In this document: positions 57,375 to 64,000 of the stretch, in pieces
How the letters are laid out: every line of letters begins with the position of its first letter
How positions within the stretch are numbered: the stretch's first letter is position 1
NCBI GenBank assembly: GCA_964594665.1
Contig: CAZQNY010000001.1
Span: forward strand, 77,030-141,029
Origin: an uncultured Bacteroidales bacterium
GTDB taxonomy: Bacteria; Bacteroidota; Bacteroidia; Bacteroidales; BM520
Direction of reading: 5' to 3'
DNA length: 64,000 nt
Made by a program: the position numbers and the translations under genes
The notes under the pieces: generated by a model
What the model was told of the DNA's origin: nothing
What the model saw: the letters and a program-made list of their open reading frames with translations, nothing else
The model's database searches: none

Positions 57375-59630
57375 TTATTTCCGGTTATGTTCTATTAAAT
57401 AATCGGTTATCAGCTGATAGAGGTGTTTACGGGTATTCCGGCCTTCATAAATACCATGAGAACGATTCGGATAAGCCATAAAATCAAACTGTTTATCCTT
57501 CTTAATCAGCTCATTAATTAATATTTCCGCACTTTGATAATGAACATTATCATCTGCTGTTCCATGGATAAGCAATAGATTCCCCTGCAAATTTTCAGCA
57601 TACGTTACAGGAGAGCCTTCTATAAAATCCTCCGGATTATTCTGAGGCAGGCCCATATAACGTTCCTGATAGATATTATCATATATAAGCTGATTGGAGA
57701 CTGCGGCAACGGCAATACCGGTATGATAGATTTCCGGGTATCGGAAAAGGAGATTTAGCGTCATTGATCCTCCGCCACTCCATCCCCAAACAGAGACACG
57801 CTCGTTATCAAGAAAATCAGATTTCAATATTTCCTGAGCTGCTTTAGCCTGATCCCGGCTATTTATTACTCCAACCTTTCGGTAAATGCATTTTCTCCAT
57901 TCGCTTCCTTTGAGGCAAGGAGTTCCTCTGTTGTCCATATCGATCACAACAAATCCCTTTTGAGCCATCATAATATTCCAAAGCCCGATAAAATTATCCG
58001 TTGCAACCTGCCCCCAAGGTTCGCCATAAACATGAAAAAGCACGGGATATTTCTTTGATGAATCGAAATTCACAGGTAATATTATTCGGGCATCAACTTC
58101 AATATTTTCATCAGTAGTTACACTTGCAAACTGAACCTCCGGCAAATCCAAACCTTCAAGTTTTGCTTTAAATGAATCGTTTTTCATTATGTTTTTCAGC
58201 GTATTATGACCTGGCAGCTCCACCAAACGAACTGTAGAAGGAGCTAAAGCTGCAGTGTGCGTATGAAATGCATACTTCCCATTTGGAGCAAGGTTATAGG
58301 TATTAATACCTGCATAATCGGCTGGAGTAACTCTAAGTGTATCACCTCTCCCTTTCAGGTTGCAGCGATAAAGATACCGTTGTGTGGAATTATAAGGAGA
58401 AGCATTGAACCAGATATATTTATCATCGGAAGGATAAAGTGTAGCAACATCGTAATTTCCGGGAGTAAGAAGTTTTTTGCTGCCATCCTGAAATGAAATA
58501 CGGTAAAGATGGCGCCAGCCGTCGTTTTCAGAAAGTCGCAGAAAGGCTTTATTGTTATCTACCAGAATAAGTTTATTTTCGCCCCATTGGTTGGCGGTTA
58601 CATCAGGGTAGCTTAAATCGACCCATGTCTCTTCGCGTTCTTCATATACCAGTGAAATCTGATTATCGCCGGGGATATATTTATAAACTTTAAGGTGATT
58701 CTGAAGACGGTTTAGCTGCTGGATTGCAATCATATTATCATCAACCCATTGAATTGAAGGGATGTAATGCTGTATGGGATTACCTGGAACAGGTATCCAG
58801 GAGAGATCACCGGTGTTCAGGTCGATCCATCCTGTGCGGCAGGATGATGGATCCTGCCCTACTTTGGGATATTGAACGGGTAAAAGCTGAGAATATATGG
58901 AGTCGGTATTATTAATCATATAAAAAGTCCCGATAGAGGATGCATCCAGTTGCCAGAAGGCTATTTTCGAATTATCGGGAGAGATGCGAAAGCCATCACG
59001 ACACCCAAACTCTTCTTCATAAACCCAGTCGAAAGTACCGTTAATAATATCTCCATTACCATCAGTAGTTAGTTGTGATATTTCTCCTGAAGCAAGATTT
59101 TCAGTATAAATATTAAAATCATGAACGTAAGCAACAAATTCATTATTTGAAGCAATTTTGGCAAACATTAACGAGGAAGATGGAAATTCGGCGCCAATTT
59201 GCCGTATAGAGTGGGTATTAAAGTTATAAATATAGTAATCACCTTTTGTATTCGAGCGCCATACGCGGGAGGAATTGGCAAACAGCAACGCCAGGGATCC
59301 ATCTTCGGAAAGAGTAAAGGATTCGATATCAACAGGTTTTTCTTTTCCATCAACCACAATATCGTCGGCTGCTATGTACAGTGACCGATCCTGTGTTTTA
59401 CTGTCATACCTCACAAGGTCATAGTATCCGCCCCAAGACTCCGAGGGTTCCATACGAACGAAAGCATTTCCATTTTCAATCCATTGAACGGGGGTAAACC
59501 ACTCCTGTCGGAACTCTCCGGAATAAATACGATCCAGGGTAAGAGTAGCATCAGATTGAGCAAACAGATTGAAAGAAGTGCATGCAAAAGTTACAGCCAG
59601 AGCAGTAATGATTATCGTTAAAGTGCGCAT
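57375..59630 (-). CDS. S9-family dipeptidyl-peptidase IV
   Basis: The internal ATG gives MRTLTIIITALAVTFACTSFNLFAQ. It has a DPP-IV N-terminal propeller pattern (NGTFDWVYEEEF). Catalytic contexts are GWSGGGSMT and HGTADDNVH. Confidence 0.85.
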   Translation of the reverse strand: MRTLTIIITALAVTFACTSFNLFAQSDATLTLDRIYSGEFRQEWFTPVQWIENGNAFVRMEPSESWGGYYDLVRYDSKTQDRSLYIAADDIVVDGKEKPVDIESFTLSEDGSLALLFANSSRVWRSNTKGDYYIYNFNTHSIRQIGAEFPSSSLMFAKIASNNEFVAYVHDFNIYTENLASGEISQLTTDGNGDIINGTFDWVYEEEFGCRDGFRISPDNSKIAFWQLDASSIGTFYMINNTDSIYSQLLPVQYPKVGQDPSSCRTGWIDLNTGDLSWIPVPGNPIQHYIPSIQWVDDNMIAIQQLNRLQNHLKVYKYIPGDNQISLVYEEREETWVDLSYPDVTANQWGENKLILVDNNKAFLRLSENDGWRHLYRISFQDGSKKLLTPGNYDVATLYPSDDKYIWFNASPYNSTQRYLYRCNLKGRGDTLRVTPADYAGINTYNLAPNGKYAFHTHTAALAPSTVRLVELPGHNTLKNIMKNDSFKAKLEGLDLPEVQFASVTTDENIEVDARIILPVNFDSSKKYPVLFHVYGEPWGQVATDNFIGLWNIMMAQKGFVVIDMDNRGTPCLKGSEWRKCIYRKVGVINSRDQAKAAQEILKSDFLDNERVSVWGWSGGGSMTLNLLFRYPEIYHTGIAVAAVSNQLIYDNIYQERYMGLPQNNPEDFIEGSPVTYAENLQGNLLLIHGTADDNVHYQSAEILINELIKKDKQFDFMAYPNRSHGIYEGRNTRKHLYQLITDYLIEHNRK

Positions 59631-59707
59631 AAATTGTAATTTAAATAAACATACAGAAGAGTGTAAATACAATTAGTTACAAAAATAGCAAAGGGATAAT
59701 CATTCCA

Positions 59708-59733
59708 TAAAAAAACCGGCAAAAAAGCCGGTT
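59708..59733 (-). terminator. Intrinsic terminator of lon
   Basis: aaccggc-aaaaaa-gccggtt is followed by T6+ on the minus strand. It lies 6 nt beyond the lon stop codon. Confidence 0.75.
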
Positions 59734-59738
59734 AAATA

Positions 59739-62165
59739 TTAAAATACAAGATCCATTATTTCGATCATTTTTTTAATGTAATGAAACTTCACACCTTTTA
59801 TATAGGAGTCCGGGATTTCATCAATATCTTTTCGGTTATTTTCAGACAGAATAATTTCAGTAATATCAGCACGTTTTGCTGCCAGGATTTTCTCCTTAAT
59901 TCCGCCAACAGGCAGTACCTGCCCCCGTAGGGTTATTTCGCCTGTCATGGCAATATTTTTTTTCACAGGCTTTTGAGTGTATACCGAAGCAAGGGCTGTA
60001 AACATAGCAATACCGGCAGAAGGGCCATCTTTAGGAGTAGCACCTTCCGGAACGTGGATATGCACATTTTGAGACTCAAGGAAGCCTTCATCAACATGTA
60101 GTTCCGGCGCATGAGCCTTAAGATACATATGAGCAAGCGTTGCGGATTCTTTCATTACGTCACCAAGGTTTCCGGTCATGGTAAGTTCTCCTTTCCCTTT
60201 TCGGAGGCTGGATTCAATAAACAGTATTTCTCCTCCCACGGAGGTCCAGGCAAGGCCGGTAACAACACCTACAGCATTCTTATCCAGTGATTTATCTCTT
60301 TGGAAGCGGGGTTTTCCCAGAATTATCTGTAAGTCGGTCAGGGTCAAACGCTTGTTATATTTATCTCCAAGAGCTATATATTTCACTCTGTTGCGGATAA
60401 CATTTGCAATTTGTTTATCCAATAGACGGACACCTGATTCGCGGGTATAGTCCTGGATTATTTTTTCAAGTACCGGACGGGAAAAAGAGAGTTCACTTTT
60501 TGTTATACCATGTTCATGTAACTGTTTTGGAATCAAATGACGTTTAGCGATTTCTATTTTTTCTTCGAGCAAATATCCTGAGATATCAATAATTTCCATG
60601 CGATCGCGTAATGCGGGATGGATACTGTTAAGGCTGTTTGCTGTGGCAACAAACATAATCCTCGAGAGGTCGTATTCTATTTCCAGGAAATTATCGTGGA
60701 AGGTATTGTTTTGTTCCGGGTCAAGTACTTCCAGGAGAGCTGCAGATGGGTCACCATTGAGTGTAGCACCTGAAATTTTATCTACTTCATCGAGAACAAA
60801 AACCGGGTTAGAGGCATTCACTTTTCGAAGGCTTTGGACGATTCTTCCGGGCATAGCACCGATATAGGTTTTTCTATGTCCTCTGATTTCAGCTTCATCT
60901 CTCAGGCCGCCTAATGACATTCTGACATATTTACGACCTACAGCCCTTGCTATAGATTTTCCAAGCGATGTTTTCCCTACACCTGGAGGGCCTACAAGGC
61001 AAAGGATTGGTGATTTCATATCACCTTTTACTTTTAATACAGCAAGGTATTCGATAATGCGTTCCTTAACTTTTTCCAGGCCGTAATGATCTTCATCAAG
61101 GATTCGCTGAGCATCAGCGAGTTCAAAATCCTCGGTAGTAAATTCATTCCATGGGAGTTCAACCAGCACATCGAGGTAATTTTTCTGGATGCTGTACTCA
61201 ACAGCTGCAGCATTCATTCGCTGAAGCTTTCTCAACTCTTTAAGAAAGACCTCTTTAACTTCCGGGCCCCACTTTTTACTTTTTGCTTTCTCCTTCAGCT
61301 CATCAACATCCTGAAGAGAAGGAAGTTCACCAAGTTCTTCCTGGATCGTTTTAAGCTGTTGATTAAGAATAAATTCCCGTTGTTGTTTATCCAGATCTGT
61401 TTTCACTTTCGACTGGATTTGATTTTTAACCTCCAGCGCCTGAAGTTCTTTATTGAGCAGCTCCATAACAGCCGTAGCACGTTCGGAGAGATCCATAATT
61501 TCCAGAAGTTCCTGTTTCTTACCTACTTCAATATCAAGATTAGAGGCAATAAAATTAACGATAAACGGCGGGCTATCAATATTTTTTATGGCGAAAGCTG
61601 TTTCATTTGGGACATTCGGAGCCTTTTCAATTACCTGTATGGCCATATCCTTTATCATAGAAACAGTAGCCGAAAAGTCACTATCACCAGAAGTTTCTTT
61701 CGCAGGACCAAAAGGAAGGATTTCAGCGATCATATAGGGATCTTCTTTCACTCCTTTTTTCAGGATAAGCCGTGTACGTCCCTGAATAATAGCCGTTTGG
61801 CTACCATCCGGCATAGTCAGTATTTTCAATATCCTTGCAACGGTTCCAATACGATTCAGGTCGGAAAAAGTAGGGTTTTCTACTTCCACATCTTTCTGTG
61901 CAACAACGCCAATGTGCTTATCGCCTTCATCAAATGCTTCTTTAATAAGCTTAATTGATTTATCTCTACCGACAGTAATAGGAATCACAACGCCAGGGAA
62001 AAGGACTGTATTTCGAAGTGGGAGAACAGGCACAGACTCAGGCACATCTTCCATTGGTGTATCAGCTTCATCATCAAGGGTCATCAAAGGAATAACTTCC
62101 TGATCTTTTTCTTCAGGGGTTTCATCAGCTTCAAACTGATAAAAATCGAGGTCATTATTTTTCAT
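59739..62165 (-). CDS. lon: ATP-dependent endopeptidase La (LonA)
   Basis: The internal ATG gives [12 protein letters not shown].. LON N-terminal domain ([20 protein letters not shown]). Walker [16 protein letters not shown]. Protease site [15 protein letters not shown]. Confidence 0.95.
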   Translation of the reverse strand: MKNNDLDFYQFEADETPEEKDQEVIPLMTLDDEADTPMEDVPESVPVLPLRNTVLFPGVVIPITVGRDKSIKLIKEAFDEGDKHIGVVAQKDVEVENPTFSDLNRIGTVARILKILTMPDGSQTAIIQGRTRLILKKGVKEDPYMIAEILPFGPAKETSGDSDFSATVSMIKDMAIQVIEKAPNVPNETAFAIKNIDSPPFIVNFIASNLDIEVGKKQELLEIMDLSERATAVMELLNKELQALEVKNQIQSKVKTDLDKQQREFILNQQLKTIQEELGELPSLQDVDELKEKAKSKKWGPEVKEVFLKELRKLQRMNAAAVEYSIQKNYLDVLVELPWNEFTTEDFELADAQRILDEDHYGLEKVKERIIEYLAVLKVKGDMKSPILCLVGPPGVGKTSLGKSIARAVGRKYVRMSLGGLRDEAEIRGHRKTYIGAMPGRIVQSLRKVNASNPVFVLDEVDKISGATLNGDPSAALLEVLDPEQNNTFHDNFLEIEYDLSRIMFVATANSLNSIHPALRDRMEIIDISGYLLEEKIEIAKRHLIPKQLHEHGITKSELSFSRPVLEKIIQDYTRESGVRLLDKQIANVIRNRVKYIALGDKYNKRLTLTDLQIILGKPRFQRDKSLDKNAVGVVTGLAWTSVGGEILFIESSLRKGKGELTMTGNLGDVMKESATLAHMYLKAHAPELHVDEGFLESQNVHIHVPEGATPKDGPSAGIAMFTALASVYTQKPVKKNIAMTGEITLRGQVLPVGGIKEKILAAKRADITEIILSENNRKDIDEIPDSYIKGVKFHYIKKMIEIMDLVF

Positions 62166-62232
62166 ATAATCGGGTTCTGTCAAAGTGTCAATAGATAAAT
62201 ACCAGCGCTGTGAGTCAAAAGCTATGCCAAAA

Positions 62233-63423
62233 TTAATAGTTCTGTTGTTTTTGACATAAATCATAAACAGCTTTCATAATTTTCTGTTCAGTATCATCGA
62301 AAGGCAAATCTCTGCGCTTGTATACAGCTGTTGCGACCTGAACATTTTTTTCGTAAGAATAGTGAGAATGCGGTTTTGCACCACCACCCCAAGAGAATGA
62401 AGGTATCAGATTACGCTGATATCCTGCACCAAAAATATTGCAATTGACGCCAACCACTGTACCGGTGTTAAACATGGTATTAATACCACATTTGGAGTGA
62501 TCCCCCATTAACAAACCGCAAAACCGGAGCCCTGTTTTAATAAAACGCTGGTCAGGATAGCTCCACATTTTCACAATATCATAGGTATTTTTCAGGTTTG
62601 AGTTATTGGTATCAGCGCCAAGGTTACACCATTCACTAATCACCGCCTGCCCCAGAAATCCATCGTGTGCTTTATTGGCAAACCCCTGAAAAACAGAGTT
62701 ATTCACCTCGCCCCCCACCTTGCAATGTGGGCCAATATTCACGGGACCATAGATTTTCGACATCACCTTAAGGGTAGAATGATCGCCGAGTGAAAAGGGG
62801 CCGTAAATAACAGATCCTTCCATAACCGTAGCATCTTTTCCCAAATAAATGGGTCCGTTGGTGGTATTAAAAACGGCACATTCAGCTTTCGCTCCTTTTT
62901 CAAGGAATATTCCTCCATTACCGATCACGGTGTTTGTATCGGATAATTGTTCCGATTCACGATTTTCTGTTATCAGGGAATAATCGTAACGGATACAAGA
63001 ATCATTATGAGAGAACAGGTCCCAGCCATAGGTTATCCAGGGGATGTCAGGAGCATCAAAAGTTTTAAAATCCGCTAACGCAGCTTTAACGTCTTTTTTT
63101 TGCATTGTAGAACGATCAGCACGAGCTGCGACAAGGAGGTCATTATCCATCAGGCACTCCCCGGGATGTAACTGTTGAATAGCACATATCAATGCGTCAT
63201 TGGGAAGAGCACGGCCATTTATCAACAGGTTATCATCACCAATTTCAGATGAGTATTTCAAAGACAGGTAATCACGTGTCAGAAAAGATCCCTTTAAATT
63301 AAGAAGAATATTCCATCGCTCAGCAGTGGTTAATATGCCGCTTCGCAGGCAGGCTGCAGGGCGATAAAATGTTAGCGGATAAAGGTTTTCCGTTAGTGTA
63401 TCGTCAAAAAAAATCAGGTTCAT
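62233..63423 (-). CDS. GlmU-like putative sugar-phosphate nucleotidyltransferase with a left-handed beta-helix
   Basis: MNLIFFDDTLTENLYPLTFYRPAACLRSGILT is the nucleotidyl-transferase N-terminus. Hexapeptide-repeat-like stretches follow (GKDATVMEGSVIYGPFSLGDHSTLKVMSKIYGPVNIGPHCKVGGEV). Confidence 0.7.
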   Translation of the reverse strand: MNLIFFDDTLTENLYPLTFYRPAACLRSGILTTAERWNILLNLKGSFLTRDYLSLKYSSEIGDDNLLINGRALPNDALICAIQQLHPGECLMDNDLLVAARADRSTMQKKDVKAALADFKTFDAPDIPWITYGWDLFSHNDSCIRYDYSLITENRESEQLSDTNTVIGNGGIFLEKGAKAECAVFNTTNGPIYLGKDATVMEGSVIYGPFSLGDHSTLKVMSKIYGPVNIGPHCKVGGEVNNSVFQGFANKAHDGFLGQAVISEWCNLGADTNNSNLKNTYDIVKMWSYPDQRFIKTGLRFCGLLMGDHSKCGINTMFNTGTVVGVNCNIFGAGYQRNLIPSFSWGGGAKPHSHYSYEKNVQVATAVYKRRDLPFDDTEQKIMKAVYDLCQKQQNY

Positions 63424-63533
63424 GGTTTTTTTTGTAAAGATATATGATTTCTTTCAAGTATAAAACAGAAAAGCCGCCTTAATCAAAAGACAGCTTCACG
63501 ATATACCTTAAAAAATACGAGTACCGATAAAGA

Positions 63534-63794
63534 CTAGCGGCTTTCGTAATGTTTTTTGTATTTACTTCTAAATTTATCTACACGACCTGCAGTATCCACA
63601 AGCTTCATCTTACCGGTGAAGAAAGGATGCGAAGTGTGCGAAATTTCTAATTTTACCAAAGGATACTCTTTACCGTCTTCCCAGGTTATTTTTTCCTTGG
63701 TTTGCACTGTTGAACGACATACAAAAGAATAATCATTCGACATATCTTTAAAAACCACTAATCTGTAGTCCTTTGGGTGAATTCCTGCTTGCAT
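63534..63794 (-). CDS. rpmE: 50S ribosomal protein L31, type B (no CxxC zinc knuckle)
   Basis: [62 protein letters not shown].. Confidence 0.9.
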   Translation of the reverse strand: MQAGIHPKDYRLVVFKDMSNDYSFVCRSTVQTKEKITWEDGKEYPLVKLEISHTSHPFFTGKMKLVDTAGRVDKFRSKYKKHYESR

Positions 63795-63949
63795 TGCTAT
63801 TCAGTTTAAATTCTAATAATTCTTATCTCTACCAAATTCAGGGGTGCAAAATTAGGGGTTTATCATTAAATAACAAAGGATTACTAAAAAATAATTAACA
63901 TTCGCCTGTTCATAACCCCCTCTTAGGGCTTATGGAACCAGAAATGCGC

Positions 63950-63979
63950 TTGCATCCCATTGAAATTTAACTATTTTTG
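63950..63979 (+). promoter_or_regulatory. Canonical Bacteroidota promoter firing out of the window
   Basis: TTG (63950-63952), a 19-nt spacer, then TAttTTTG (63972-63979). The transcript would start near 63986 (..ctcgggcaccaaaacagc). The gene is off-window. Confidence 0.5.
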
Positions 63980-64000
63980 TCTCTCGGGCACCAAAACAGC

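Noticed and set aside
61086-61958. 290-aa plus-strand ORF, the longest unassigned ORF in the track
   Set aside because: It lies entirely antisense to lon, whose translation carries unmistakable Lon motifs. Its own product is low-complexity F/L/K/I-rich, as expected for a shadow frame in AT-rich coding DNA.

Overview
This is a Bacteroidota-type chromosomal segment. The evidence is T9SS-type C-terminal sorting domains, DUF4835 and DUF4295 genes, TTG-N18/19-TAnnTTTG promoter boxes, and recN-DUF4835-coaBC-rpoZ-bamD synteny. From about 20.6 kb to 64 kb it is densely packed housekeeping: gyrA, clpC, an acyl-CoA dehydrogenase with etfBA, ftsY, rpmG, xerD, tRNA-Thr and tRNA-Tyr, fabI, recN, coaBC, rpoZ, bamD, galK, two FKBP isomerases, nrnA, ndk, mnmA, trmD, dapA, lon and rpmE. 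This stretch also carries secreted or periplasmic peptidases (S8, M14, S41, S9). The unusual part is the first 12 kb. It holds a translationally coupled five-gene minus-strand operon: (1) a membrane-anchored STAND (nSTAND/NACHT-like) NTPase with a coiled-coil stalk and WD40 domain; (2) a TonB-dependent receptor with a TPR-like N-terminal extension; (3) a GNAT acetyltransferase; (4) a TLC/Npt-type nucleotide-transporter domain fused to HEAT repeats and a degenerate cNMP-binding-like domain; (5) a propeller/Y_Y_Y sensor that runs off the window. I cannot map this combination to any described system and flag it as the best candidate for a novel trans-envelope signalling or conflict module. A second accessory patch (16-20.6 kb) holds a degenerate sigma-54-activator-like orphan, a basic orphan protein, a YafQ-family toxin-antitoxin pair and a decayed second antitoxin copy. 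I saw no CRISPR array, rRNA, transposase or phage structural gene. All domain calls come from reading the translations by eye and need profile searches to confirm.
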